A DNA stretch of 64,000 nt from Octopus vulgaris (GCA_951406725.2 OX597814.1:218860001-218924000), one strand, 5' to 3'; counted from the stretch's first letter, positions 48,604 to 62,661 are shown. A program made the numbers and translations. The notes: generated from the sequence alone by a model not told the origin.

Positions 48604-50171
48604 GTAGCGTATCTATCTTGTTGATGTTACACTAACTACAACAAACCATCCACCCATTCATCTTCCCTATCCACTGTTCCTGGTAGTCCATAAGGGTAGA
48701 GTCCTAAGGCACATCCTCTATAGGATCCTATCAGAAACAACCATCTTTAGACTTTCTAGCAGGATTCCCAAGTATGACCAACTGAAATTAAGGATATCAT
48801 TCAACCATCTCATTCTTGGTCTACCCTGAGATCTCCAATCAGTTGACTTGACTTGAAGAATCCATCTTGTGATTCATTCCTGAGACATTATAATTGGATG
48901 TCCATAGTATTGGACTTCTCAATGTAGAGAGGTAGCAGTTCAACCCAGAGAGACTCCCAGATTTCTGAGCTATGCACCCTGTCGAGTAACATTACTCCAG
49001 AGCCCTTGGGAGGAACCCCATTTTGGCTACTTATATTTGCAATTGTACTCTTTCAATCATTATCCAACATTCACAAACATAGGGGATTATAGGCACAGAA
49101 ACCAGATTAAAGATAGCTATCATTATTTTGAAGAGGATGTGAAGCAGACTTTATAAAGTTGATGGAGATATTTTTGGCAAGGGACCAGATGAATTGGCTG
49201 CAGTTTGGGAGGTGAGAAATCCTAAAGACCATGTGATACATGAAAGCTTCTTTTACATACAAGATAGTGGTCTTACAGAGTTGCACTAAATCTTATTCAT
49301 TCCTCCAGGCTGGGGGAGTAGATGAAATTCTCCAGATATTGTAGATCTTGTTTTTTGCCCAAAACCCTTCATCGTATTTTTTGTACAGTTACTACTATCT
49401 ATATACATCACATACCTAAACACAGTCATCTCTCTTGTATGTCACATTTCTAACTTGGATTACTGATTCTCTACATTAAATATACTTACCTCTCTTAACT
49501 ATTAATTTTCATGCAAATGACATCTCTCAGCAATTAACCTCAATTTTTATCAGTCAAATTTGCTTTTTTTCCATGACTACTTTGTCAAGCATGCTGCAGT
49601 CTAGCTGAAGAGGTGTAAAAAAACAGAAACATGCCATGAGTTGTCCTAAGTATTTGCTTAACTGATTAAAGTAATTTTAGTGATTGAATCTATGATCTCT
49701 CTTCACTGTGCCAGTATTTCTGTTTAGATTTTTGATGCTCTACATTAAACAAGTGACCTCTTCTCAACTTAACTGTTAATTTTTCATGTAAATGGCAGCG
49801 CTAAGTGATTAACCTCAGCAATTGGTTTTTATTTGTGGTGATGGTTGTTAAATATATGCTGCTGAATAACTTGTTTCCCTGTCATAGTAGTAAAAACTGC
49901 TGCATTACAGCCTAAACTGGGTGGTGACACTATAATTCAACTAACAATTGGTGTAATATATTGTAAGCATCTATTATAAATGAATGTGATGCAATGCAAC
50001 TTAGTAATTTATTTCAAATAAACTTATTTATCAAATATATTTCAATGCTTTCTTTTTGAGTGACACACACACACACACACACATGTATGCACTCTCATTT
50101 ATATATGTGTTGGGGAATTGAGTTTTGTGGAACAAACAGGAGAAATAGTACTCAATACATAAGATTGTATA

Positions 50172-50575
50172 TACTCTTTACTCTTTACTCTTACTTGTTT
50201 CAGTCATTTGACTGCGGCCATGCTGTAGCACCGCCTTTAATCGAGAAACTCGACCCCGGGATTTATTCTTTTGTAAGCCCAGTACTTATTCTATCGGTCT
50301 CTTTTGCCGAACCGCTAAGTGAGGGGGACGTAAACACACCAACATCGGTTGTCAAGCAATGCCAGGGGACAAACACAGACACACAAACACACACACGCAC
50401 ATATACACATATATACGACGGGCTTCTTTCAGTTTCCGTCTACCAAATCCACTCACAAGGCTTTGGTCGGCCCGAGGCTATAGTAGAAGACACTTGCCCA
50501 AGGTGCCACGCAGTGGGACTGAACCCGGAACCATGTGGCTGGTAGACAAGCTACTTACCACACAACTACTACGCC
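50172..50575 (-). mobile_element. SINE family B
   Basis: Full-length reverse match. A further diverged copy lies at ~50860-51306. Confidence 0.9.
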
Positions 50576-51872
50576 TTATTGTTTATAACTCTACAGTCAA
50601 ATAGTAATATTTGTGTGTGTGCTTGCATGTGTATTTGTGGTAAGGCCTATAGCTATAAACTGTAGTCATGTTCTGCTTTAGTATTACATTAGAAGTAAAA
50701 CAAAAAAGTGATGCATTCTGATGAGACATGCAATTAAAGAAACGAGATTGTCGTTTGTGATGAGCCTACTCTTCCAACTTTAGTTTCCATTTCACCTCTT
50801 GGCACACCAATATGTAGTTTTTCTGTTTTTATATATCTATATAACTTATTTACCGTTTCCTTTTTACTTGTTTCAGTCATTAGACTGTGGCCATGCTGGG
50901 GCACACCGCCTAGAAGAACTTTTAACGAAATTAATCAACCCCCCAGCATGTTATTTTGTTAAGCCTAGTTATGGGGATGTAAACCAACCAGCACTGGTTG
51001 TCAAACACAGATGCAAAAACATACATATATATATACACTTGATATTGAACACACATACACAAGGCATGTGTGTTTAATATTGTTTATATCTCCCAAGCTG
51101 CTTTTAACTCATAACTGAATATATATATACACACACACACACACACAGCAGGCTTCTTTCAGTTTCCATCTACCAAATCTACTCACAAAGATTTGGTTGG
51201 CCTGAGGCTATAGTAGAAGACACTTGCCTAAGGTGCCATTAAGTGAGACTGAACCCGGAACCATGTGGTTGGGAAGCAAGCTTCTTACCACACAGCCACG
51301 TCTGCACTTATTCTCATTATTTGTGTATTTAAAATAAAATCATTAAATTTTTTTCCGTATTCATTTGATATTGAAATATTTTTTAACTTTGATGTATTTT
51401 GAGAGGGTAATTTTCCCAATGAAAATATTCACATTGGTTTTAATTCACCTCTTTTTAGTCATTATTAGTCAACTACTTTACTAATTAATTGATTTAGCAT
51501 GGAAAGCGGACGTTAAACGATGATGATGATGATGATTAACTAAGTGATTACTTCACTAATCATTTGATCAATCAATCAATCAGTGTCCTTTTGTTGTCAT
51601 TTGTGATTTTACCAATGATGTACCCTTCATTGTTCTACGACTGTCACTATGTATCTAAACCAATTAATAAGTTAATTGGTTAATTAATTAGTTAGTTAGG
51701 TAGCTAATCATAATTTTAAAAAAAGGTGAAATAGAACCTGTACAAGATTTTTATATTGGCAAAATGACCATCCCCCAAAGCAATAACACCTGTTTCAATA
51801 CACAATTTCATATCAAGAATCTTATGAAATATTTTTTCTTACTTTTGGTCTATAACACATTTTGTTTTCTAG

Positions 51873-51977
51873 ATGGCTTATTGAAAAACTTGGGATTTGT
51901 ACTTTTTCAATGCAAGAATTAGATGATTTAGGAATTGCAGCTGTTTTGAAGACGGCCCTTTCAACAGTTGATCCTGA
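51873..51977 (+). CDS. ARG: Arginase exon (105 nt, phase 2 to 2)
   Basis: Acceptor ttttgttttctag. Reads (R)WLIEKLGICTFSMQELDDLGIAAVLKTALSTVDP(E). Donor ga|gtgagt. Confidence 0.94.
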
Positions 51978-52049
51978 GTGAGTTAACAGTTTTCTGTTAA
52001 TTAATTATTTACAATTCTTTTAATCACTTATCATCATTTTTAGATCCAT

Positions 52050-53480
52050 TTTTTTTTTGCTTGAATGGATTACAAAATCGGTCTTTTCCAACTCAGCATC
52101 TCACATCTTCTTGCTGAACCTCATTACCACTTTCATGAGTTTCAGATTCCTGTAATCAACTTTCACGACTGTTCATATCGTACAATCTTTTCTCTCAGCT
52201 CATTTGCAGTCTGTCGTTCATGCACGCTAACATTATTCATCCAGTGGAGCATATCTACTTCATTTCTTTTCAGCTTTTGCACATTCTCTATGTGTAGTGC
52301 TCATGATTTTCTACTTTGCAACATTGTGTTTCATATTGTTTATATCATTACACCTACCATATTCTGAGCGCCTTGTTTCCCTGGGCATGGATTCACTGAA
52401 GCTCCGGCATCTGGCGACAGACTTGGTAAACACCCACAAAGTTATCAACCACCTCACCAACAACAACATTGAACACCTTTTTGATCTCCATGTGTCTAAC
52501 ACACGTGGACATGCCTACGAAGTCAGAAAACAACACAGCTCCCATGACTTTCGGAAACATTTTTTCACGCTCAGAGTTGCTGAAGCATGGAATAAACTGC
52601 CTGCATCAGTTGTTGACTGCCATGACACTGCATCCTTTAAGGCCCTCATGCTTTCCGAAATCCACCGAAACTACACCTGATTATACATACACTTTAGATG
52701 AGTTGTAGTGCACCTGAGCACTGTACACAATTATTATCATTATTATTATTATTATATTATTATATTATTATACACAAGCATTATATAATCTACCCTTCAC
52801 TCAAAGAAAGTAACCCTTTGTTACTAACAAAGGTAATAGCTCCAAGAATTTCTCCATATTGCTCCTAATCTAGTGACCACGCTTCTGGAGCACCCATCTC
52901 CACTGTTAATTTGGCCACCTAAATAAGAGAAGCTATTGACTACTTTTAAGGAGCATTCTAAGTAACTGAAAGAATATATTTCTCAGGTATACTCGGACAG
53001 CCAACCAATCCTGTGTATCTTCCACATATGAAGTCTTGCTTCTCTTTTAGCATGTCTGTAATCCCATGATACCTTGTGGACCCATAGTTTACATTTGAGT
53101 ACACTGTATGAAATTCTTGCATACTTTTTTTTTTTTTTAAACATAGAGCACAAACATATTACTGATGGCAGCAGAATGCTGATTCCTTTTCTTCTTTCTA
53201 AAAGCTTAATCTTTGCTAAGTTTATTCTATGGCTTCTTGATTCTAGATTTTGCTTTGAAATCTGAAATTTCTTCTCTAAATCTTTCACAGGCAACTGATC
53301 TTGAACCTCTTTGTTATGGTTTGGAGAACTCTGATAGACAGCAGAGGGCTAAGAACCAAGCCCTGACCGGCACTATTTATACACTGCTGTCAGCATCTCT
53401 TACAAACCAGTCATCTACACCTGATTTTCTTAGCAGTTCTCCAGGTCAACAAATGCTACATATAGTGGTTAACCCTTAGC
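52050..53480 (-). mobile_element. Old RTE remnant split by a CR1 insertion
   Basis: Minus strand reads ..CKLWVHK..EKFLELLPLLVTKG..VKGRLYNACV | ..KLKRNEVDMLHWMNNVSVHERQTANELREK. Confidence 0.7.
52345..52770 (+). mobile_element. CR1-clade LINE 3' end
   Basis: YSERLVSLGMDSLKLRHLATDL..TRGHAYEVRKQ..RKHFFTLRVAEAWNKLPASVV..SFK, then a short 3' UTR and an (ATT)n tail. Confidence 0.88.
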
Positions 53481-54764
53481 TAAAATGTTCTGTATTTGAT
53501 TTACTAAGAAGAGTGCATTGGTAGTACCTGGCCTTGGCATAAGCCCAATATGCCTCTCACATAAGTTGTCTTTTTTATCAGTAACTGCATTGTGGAACTA
53601 AACCTAAAACCACGTGGCTGCAAAGCAAGCTTCTTAATCACGCAGCAATGCCTGAGCCTATAATAATTTGATATGTTCAAGTCAGTGTAAAAACAGATGT
53701 AAGTCAATAATAGGCTTATTAACCTTGTGTTTGGTTCTGGTATATTGTTATATACCCAATGTGTGTATTGACTAATGTACTCTTTGGATTGTGCCATATT
53801 GTTTACTGATGTACAATTCTTTGAAAGAATAGAGTAGAGGGCTGAAGCTGGGAGTCAGGATTACATAAATTTAAGGTGAAGCAATGACAGTGAAAATCTT
53901 TGTGGTTGCTCTGTCTGCTACAAACAGTAGCCAAATTTCCTTCAAAAGGAAAGTTTTTTTCATTTTTCTTAATGTTTACCTCTATTGCCAGTATACATTA
54001 CATGGGTGTATGTGTATGTGCCAGGGAGAAGAATCAGGGAGGTAGAATAAATGTTGCTAGAATACATCCCTGCCCTTTCAAGTATTAAGATCCTGAAGGA
54101 TAGAGGAAGGAAGGGTAACAAGATATGGGTGGTTGAGGGTGAGGGATATTCACTATGCACAGATCAATTGCTTTCCTCTCAGTTGTTGGGTGGCATGGCA
54201 CAGTAAATAAAAGAGATAATGGGGAGATGTGAAGGCATAGAATAGGCAATAAGCAGGTGGGGTTACATATATATATATACCCTGTCACACTGTTTTAACA
54301 AATGTTTTGCCAAGCTTGCACAGAAGGACTGCCATTTGACGCAGCCCCCTGTCATCTCCTTCATCAGATGTAACATCATAAAAATCCTTTTTCACCATCT
54401 CACTCAGGCTCTTATTCCACAAGTGCCATCCACTTTGAGTCTCTGGTATGTATGCAGATGTCATCCTCCATCTGCAGCACATGCCCTTACCATCATAGTC
54501 ACTTCTCTTGCTTGTTATATCTCAGAATGTAAATACTATAACTCATTTTAGCACCAGTGTGGCACCATGTAAAAGCACCCATGCCGTGCCACATAAAAGG
54601 GCCTATTTGGCTCCACATAAAAGCACACACCACACTCTAATGGCATTGGCATTAGGAAGGGCATCCAACTGTAGAAACCCTGCCAAATCAGACTGGAGTC
54701 TGGTGCAGCTCCCCAGCTCTGGTTAAACTGTCCGACCCATACCAACATGGACACTGGATGTTAA

Positions 54765-54796
<32 letters not shown>

Positions 54797-56029
54797 GTAT
54801 GTCCCTCTACTAATTCTGCGTTCATCAACCTTAATAATGGTTTCAAATTTTGGCACAAGCCCATCAGTTGTGGGGAAGGGGTAAGTTGATTACATCGACC
54901 CCCAGTGATCGACTGGTACTTATTTTATCGAACCTGAAAGGATGAAAGGCAAAGTCGACCTCAGCAGAATTTGAACCCAGATCATAAAGACAGACAAAAT
55001 GCCGCTAAGCATTTCACGCAGCATGCTAACGATTCTGCATCAGCCTTAATAATAAAAGTAACAGAATTCTTGCAGTCAGAAGTGAAATGGCTGAGTAGAT
55101 GTGGTATTGGACTACTTACTTTAAAAGTTCAAATTTGTAGCAGATATTTCTGAACAGAACATTTGAATTCTACATTCCCTCGGTCCACTTAGCTATCAGA
55201 TATAGATAGCAAACAGGCATCATATTCAGGAATATTTCTTTCTCATCAGCCGCATCACTCTAAGAAACCATTAGCTACTTTAGTTCTTGAAAAAGCTATG
55301 AGAATGTTTTTTCTTCTTTTTGCTGTCAGACCTTATCATCATCATTGCTTTTGCTAATCACTGCCACTATTTCAGTTGAGATAAATTCTAATATAAATGC
55401 TGTGGAGATGACCCAATTTCTCACAAACACAATTTATCTAACACATCAGATCAAATCAGCTGAACATTGTGTTGTAAATTATGCAAATTCTTGCTACTGT
55501 AAGAGAAAAAGGCAAAAAATACCACCACCATCATCATCATCCCATTTATTTAAACATTCATTTTTTTTCATGTCTACATAGTTTTCAAAGGTCTGCAACA
55601 TAGTTACTTTTCCAAAGTTTTATTTGTGATATTTTTTTATTTTATATCATAATTCTTTTTCATTTTTACTTTTTTTTTTTTCTTTCTCATTTACTTATTT
55701 TTGTTGACAGGGCAAAAATCAAAGTTCAAGTTAGAAATGCATTTCAGTCCTACCTCGTCTTTTTTTTTTATTTATTTTATATATTTATTTATTTGTTTCA
55801 GAGGCCAAATATCTGACCTTGCCACCACTTCCTCTCTTTCCTCTGCTCGTCATCTAGAATTCATCATTCATTAGCACAGCCTTCATATGTCTCAGCATGT
55901 AAAAATCACTTCTGCTAATGCGATCCATATCAAACTAGTCTCAGTTTACTTGTATTCCAACTTCCATACAAATTTCCGTTATACCCCTAGCAGAAACATA
56001 CTTCTTCCTCTCTACACTTTCCCCTATTT

Positions 56030-56419
56030 GGAGGCGCAATGGCCCAGTGGTTAGGGCAGCGGACTCGCGGTCGTAGGATCGCGGTTTCGATTCCCAGACC
56101 GGGCGTTGTGAGTGTTTATTGAGCGAAAACATCTAAAAGCTCCACAAGGCTCCGGCAGGGGATGGTGGTGATCCCTGCTGTACTCTTTCACCACAACTTT
56201 CTCTCACTCTTACTTCCTGTTTCTGTTGTACCTGTATTTCAAGGGGCCGGCCTTGTTATTCTCTGTGTCACGCTGAATATCCCCGAGAACTACGTTAAGG
56301 GTGCACGTGTCTGTGGAGTGCTCAGCCACTTACACGTTAATTTCACGAGCAGGCTGTTCCGTTGATTCGGATCAACCGGAACCCTCGTCGTCGTAACCGA
56401 CGGAGTGCTTCCATTTCCA
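56030..56419 (+). mobile_element. SINE family A
   Basis: 11-bp TSD ttcccctattt at 56019-56029 and 56420-56430. Confidence 0.92.
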
Positions 56420-56503
56420 TTCCCCTATTTAGTGCTTTGCTCCAGTGGTCATCACACTTCTTCATACCTATTACGGACAGTCAACCTTTCGTGTGTGTAT
56501 TTG

Positions 56504-56592
56504 AAAAATGAATAGAAGTGGTTTTTCTGATAGTTTTTCCACTTTTTATTAAAGTGGAAAGATTCTCAAAAAAGCCATTTCTATTCATTTTT
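56504..56592 (+). other. 42-bp stem, 5-nt loop hairpin in an arginase intron
   Basis: 36 Watson-Crick pairs, 4 G-U and 2 mismatches on the + strand. Confidence 0.8.
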
Positions 56593-57066
56593 AAAAAATA
56601 TATAATACTGTTCCAAGGATTTTCTATTTTTTACTATATATACACACACAACACATACATATAGGGAGAGAGAGAGAGAGACTCTTTGCTCCCTCTACTT
56701 CTTCTAAACCTTTCCATTGCACTAATTGAATCACCTTGGTAACAGAAATTGTCAATAACTTCTAGTGAGATGCATGAGTAATTCATGGTCATTCCTATTT
56801 GTAAACTACTCATGTGGATCTGTCACTCCTGAAGTCCTCCCATTCCACTATTATATATCCATTGCTTGCACTGTGTACATAATATTCCTTTTCTACATGT
56901 TGAACAAAATCAGATGGCAGTTAGACTGTGTATTCTTTGTTCTTAACTAGAATAGGTTTTTGTTATGTTGACAAATAAGAGCCATGAAATAAATTATAAA
57001 TTGGATAAGCATTACATTTGACAGAGTAATCCAAATGCTAATTAGTCTTTTTAATTTTATTTTCAG

Positions 57067-57143
57067 GGGAAAGCGGCCAATCCATGTTAGTTTTGACATA
57101 GACAGCCTTGATCCGTCAGTTGCAGGGAGCACTGGTACTCCAG
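57067..57143 (+). CDS. ARG: Arginase exon (77 nt, phase 2 to 1)
   Basis: Acceptor ttttattttcag. Reads (E)GKRPIHVSFDIDSLDPSVAGSTGTP. Donor g|gttagt. Contains the SFDID Mn ligands. Confidence 0.96.
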
Positions 57144-57292
57144 GTTAGTGTTTCTAAACAGGGTAACAGATAAAATCTGAGTTTTCTCTGTGATGTCAAT
57201 GAAAAATGAGAAAAGAAAGAGTCACTTTGAAGATAGGTAATACAAAGATAAAGGGATAAAACGTTAGTTCATATTTTTTGTCATAATACTGT

Positions 57293-57663
57293 GGTGGAAG
57301 CACTCCGTCGGTTATGACGATGAGGGTTCCAGTTGATCCGAATCAACAGAACAGCCTGCTCGTGAAATTAACGTGTAAGTGGCTGAGCACTCCACAGACA
57401 CGTGTACCCTTAACGTAGTTCTCAGGGATATTCAGCGTGACACAGAGAGTGACAAGGCCGGCCCTTTGAAATACAGGTACAACAGAAACAGGAAGTAAGA
57501 GTGAGAGAAAGCTGTGGTGAAAGAGTACAGCAGGGATCACCACCATCCCCTGCCGGAGCCTCGTGGAGCTTTAGGTGTTTTCGCTCAATAAACACTCACA
57601 ACGCCCGGTCTGGGAATCGAAACCGCGAGTCCGCTGCCCTAACCACTGGGCCATTGCACCTCC
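57293..57663 (-). mobile_element. SINE family A
   Basis: 11-bp TSD cataatactgt at 57282-57292 and 57664-57674. Confidence 0.92.
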
Positions 57664-60136
57664 CATAATACTGTAATATACAGTGAAGGAGACTATATGG
57701 ATGCTTGACCTACAAGAAATAGACAAATCTCTTGTCAAAGCATTCTTTAGTTGGTCGGGTTGTTAAGAATGTTGGTTATTTAGTGATATTTGGTTTGGCT
57801 CCCGACATTCTTAGTTCAGATTCCACTGAAGTTAACTTAGCATTTCATTCTTTAGGCTATTTACCCTTCCAGCTGCCACGTTCTTTAGGCTCTTTACCCT
57901 TCCAGCTGCCACGTTCAGGATATTTTCACTGGGTTAAAGAAGAATGTCTGTTTCTGGGTATATTATATCAAGGACTACATTATCCAATGGCAGTTAGTTA
58001 AGATTTAATGTTGTTCTTTCTTTTCATTTTCACTAATTCCATTAACTTATTTTCAATTTGAATTTTCTTTCTATAAATATTGATTACAAATTTTGGCACA
58101 AAGGCACAAGTTCAGGGTAGAGGGTAAGTCGATTACATCGACCCCAGTACTCAAGTGGTACTCATTTTATCACCCTGAAAGGATTAGTTGACCTCAGCAG
58201 AATTTGAACTCAAAATGTCAAGCTGGATGAAGTGCTGCTCACCATTCTGCCTGGCATCCTCACCATTCTGCCCATTCATTGCCTTTCTATAAATATCAAA
58301 TATTCTTCTTATACATTTTCGGAATTAAGTTATATTTTCTTTTATATCTTCTACTTAGTAGAGTAGGCAGTGTCCGTGATCTGTTTCAAAGCACTCCAAG
58401 ATTAATGGGGATGGGTGTCCTCAAACTGGAAACCTGGTCCAGATTCTTGCAGTTGAGTGGACTCTGCTAAAGTTACCCAAAGTGCCCAGTGGCAATGTGA
58501 ACATAACAACTAATCTTCTGTAGCTTTCAGCAATGAATTTACCAGGTGCCTAATCCTTTAGGCATTTAAACCAGTGATATCCAGTCTGAATATTCTACCA
58601 GTTTTATGTTCAGACTGGCCAGATATGGCCTCTCCCATATACCCTATAATGTCATTTTAAAAATAAACAATCCGATCATCGAAATCTGGAAGCTACAGAG
58701 TAATATGAATGCTAAAGGGTTAATTAACTGAACACCCTATTCATTTAAATGGTTGAGTATTCCAACAGACACAAGTACCCTTAATGTAATCTTTAAGTAG
58801 AACCAACATACTGCAGTTCAACAAGGCTGTCCCTTTGACTCACAAGTACGGTAATCCATTGAACAGGCTTCTACACAATTTCTATCACTCAAAATTTTAA
58901 CTCACTCAACACTCTAGTAAAAGAGACATGTCCAAGGTATCTCACAATGAAACTGAACCTAGGACATCGTTATTACAAGGCTAGTTTCTTAACCACTGGT
59001 ATATGTGTAGACATAGTTGCACACAAACACATGTGTATGAAGAAAATGGTCAAGAATTGGAGTTATAGTACAATGTACCTCCAGATGCCGCTTGTGAGCA
59101 AGTATGATTTGATAATGTACCATGTTTTTGCTAATTGTTTTAGATGCCTACGTATTTACAAGCCTATACATATACTCTCTTGGGCTCCTTCATTTTTGAG
59201 TCTGCAGTACATCCAGGGTGTGACAACTAGAAGGAGAGTGAGAGCTGCACCAGTGAAGGAGACTGTGTGGAAGCTTGTTAGAACATTCTTCTGTTGGTAG
59301 GGTCATTAAGAGTGCTGGATGTGTAGTGATATTTGTTCTGGCTCTCTACATTCTTAGTTCAAATTCCACTGATGTTTGCTTTGCATTTCATTCTTGGAGT
59401 TTAATAAAATTAAATAACAACTAAGCACTGGTGCAGCTATCTATCCTTCTAGTGGCCACATTCACAGCTGAATAGACTGGAGTAACAGAAAATTAAGTAT
59501 CTTGCTCAAGGATACAAAGCACTACCAGTCACAAATTGAACACATTATGTTCTGATCATAAACCAAACACCTTAACCTCTAAGCTATATGCTTTTACTCA
59601 AACTTATTAATTTTTATACTTCAACATTCTGAGTTCAGTTTTATGAAAGGATTTTAAAAATATTTCATTGAATCTTGTAATATTTTCATGTGAAGTCAGT
59701 GTCTGTCTGATTTTCTTTATCAAACCTATTTTGGTAATTCCTGGCAGAAATACATTCACAAGCATTAAAAAGATTATTTCACTGTGTAGTTCGTTTGAGT
59801 CAAAATTTAAAACTAAAGTGTGTCTTATAATTCATGTTGTTGTTGAATAGCTTTGATTAGATCTATGGCATAAAAATGAATTTCTAGCCACCATCTTCCC
59901 ATCGTATGTTGTCTAAATATTTAACCATTGCTGCTATAAACAAATGCAATAGAATACAAATTGACGTTTTGGTTTTAAGGATTATCAGATCAGTGTCACA
60001 CAGATATGAAATTAATTAAGATATTTCAATTAAATTCTTTGTAAGCAGTATTAAAATTCTTATCAAAGTTTTTTTTTTATTAATTTTAAATTAACCCCTT
60101 TGACATGGCAACTAATATTGAATTAAATAATTTCAG

Positions 60137-60196
60137 CAAGAGGAGGACTCACTTATAGAGAAAGCCAGTATATTGCTGAGGTTATAGCCCAGACTG
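60137..60196 (+). CDS. ARG: Arginase exon (60 nt, phase 1 to 1)
   Basis: Acceptor tttcag. Reads (A)RGGLTYRESQYIAEVIAQT(G). Donor g|gtaagt. Contains the GGLTYRE motif. Confidence 0.95.
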
Positions 60197-61448
60197 GTAA
60201 GTACCTTTTTCCATTCACCATATCTATTACAAAGCTATATTTCTCAAATCCATTTTGACATTTTTACTTTTACAGTGGATTAGATAATTGTCAATACAAG
60301 ATATTTCAACCCATGCATAACACTGAAAGATTTTCTAAACTCACAAATTAAAAAGCATTTTTTTGTGTGTGTGTATAAAGCAAAAGCAAGTCATAATTTT
60401 TATCTAAAGCCCAAATGCTATTTTCCACAGTATGTTTAGCTGTGTCTAGTCCAGGCTGCCTCAATTTGTACATTGTTTATTTTTACCAGTTGAATATACA
60501 TACTCTGCTCACAGTTCAAGAAATGCCATCTTCTGTCATCTATCATCGTCCCTGTGTTTCATAGATTTTAACTGTTGCTAACTCAGTGTTTAATACTTTA
60601 TTCTGATATTCTTAATGATGCTCCTTTGACACAAAGCTTCTGATTCATGCGGAAATAGAAGTAAAACTGAATGAGATACATGCTTTTCCACTGAACCTTA
60701 GCCATTCATCATCATCATTTAACATCCATCATCCATGTCCACAGACAGTTTAACGGGCTGGCAAACCAGAGAACTGCACCAGGCTCCATTGTCTGCTTTG
60801 GCATGGTTTCTGTGGCTGGATGCCCTTCTTAACACCAACTACTTTACAGAGTGTACTGGGTGCTTCTTTTTACATGGCACCAGAATTGGCAGGGTCACTA
60901 AGTAACTTGCAAGACAAAGATCCCTTACTGAGGAGGGGAGTAGTATTGAGAGAGATGGTTTTGTGCTAGCTGAGAGGTTAAAGTACAATAGAAAGATAGA
61001 GATAGGTGCCTTGCTATAGAGGAGACACTAAGGAAGAGAGAGAGAGAGATGGTGGAGATCTGTTGAGAGATACCAAAATGGTGCAGTGAGGGTGAATATA
61101 AGTGGTACAGAGGATTAGTCAAGGTGAGTGACAATGGGGATAGAGGGAGTGTTTCATAAGAGTGTGAGGCAGGATGGTTAGAGATGGAGCAGAGATGACT
61201 AGCAAGTGATGGTGAGAGAAATAGGAATGGCTCAGTGGGGCTTTAGTAGAGATGTGAGAAAACAGGAAATCTGAAAGCAATGCACTGGGAATTGCTGGAT
61301 CAAAAGTTTGGTAGCAATTCAAATAACAGCAGAACCTTGCAGTACAAGTGTCCCATTGTACAAGTAATTTGCTGTGCGAATTTTTGTTTTAAGTACAAGC
61401 ACATGAGTCATCCCATCTTTAAGGTAATTCACTTAATAAAACCAGTTT

Positions 61449-61660
61449 CATCATCATCATTTAACGTCCGCTTTCCATGCTGGCATGGGTTGGACGGTTC
61501 AACTGGGGTCTGGGAAGCCAGAAGGCTGCACCAGGCCAGTCAGATCTGGTGGTGTTTCTACAGCTGGATGCCCTTCCTAATGCCAACCACTCCGTGAGTG
61601 TAGTGGGTGCTTTTTATGTGCCACCGACACAGGTGCCAGTTGAGGCTGGTGAATGGCCAC
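61449..61660 (-). mobile_element. RTE 3' end with (GAT)n tail
   Basis: Same core as the other copies. Confidence 0.8.
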
Positions 61661-62103
61661 CATATATCTTTTGCATTCTTTTTTTTTAAATTGTCCTTTT
61701 ACTTGTAGCTACACTTTTTCTGTTTTAAAACCCATAAAAAATTATTTTTGAGTGGTTTTGATGGGCTGGAACGGATTAATTATATTTTAGTTAATTTCAA
61801 TGGGGAAAATTGATTTGTAAAAACGAGTAACGCATAAGGCAAATTCGGTCATGGAACTCGTTCTGTGAGGCATCACTGTATGTCTAAGATTTTGTAAAGT
61901 GAGTTTTATTGCCTTAATCTATTTAACTGAAACTTTGTCAAACAATTAGCACAAGAAAGTGTAATTAGATGTGAAAGACCGTCAGCATCAATGTGAACCA
62001 ATTAAATTATACCAACACTAATTTAACTATAGTTTATCATGTATACAGCGTGCATGAGTTATTTAGTCTCTAAATAATTTTATTTTTCTATGCCAGTCAA
62101 TGT

Positions 62104-62365
62104 GTGGAGGCACATGGCTTAGTGGTTAGGGTGTCAGCATCATGATCATAAGATTGTGGTTTCGATTCCTGGACCGGGCGATGCATTGTGTTCTTGAGCA
62201 AAACACTTCATTTCACATTGTTCCAGTCCACTCAGCTGGCAAAAATGAGTAATGCTGCAATGAACTGGCATCCCGTCCAGCTGGGGAACACACACACCAT
62301 TGAAACCAGGAAACTGGGCCCATGAGCCTGGCTAGGCTTTAAAAGGGCGCATTTATTTTATATTT
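62104..62365 (+). mobile_element. SINE family D
   Basis: A box tggcttagtgg and B box gtttcgattcc. 15-bp TSD tatgccagtcaatgt. Confidence 0.9.
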
Positions 62366-62661
62366 TATGCCAGTCAATGTACAATCTCATATATTTACTT
62401 AGTGATTCTTTCATCAGTACTTCAGTAATTATTATGATAGTCATGCTTCACTGATTAGGTCCATAATAAGAGCAAAATATGTCCTGAATTGTCTTGAGTA
62501 CTTACTGAAATAATTAAAATATTAATTATCAACTAATATGGATTTTATTTTATTTTATTTTTCTTCCTCATCACATAAGTATTTCTAGTCAGACTTTTAA
62601 TATTCCAAGCATTAAACATGTTGCAGTTATTCAACTAAAGTCTTGTTTTTTTTTATTCTAG

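Noticed and set aside
49585-49640. Second hammerhead (ctgaagag..gaaacatg) between diverged direct repeats at ~49470-49545 and ~49739-49820
   Set aside because: Core-like motifs are present, but stem I cannot be paired and stem II is weak. At best it is a decayed Penelope-type relic.
56030-56105. tRNA gene (also at 1525, 3844, 7585, 47033, 62104)
   Set aside because: These are tRNA-like heads continuous with SINE bodies, most bounded by TSDs. The cloverleafs are incomplete.
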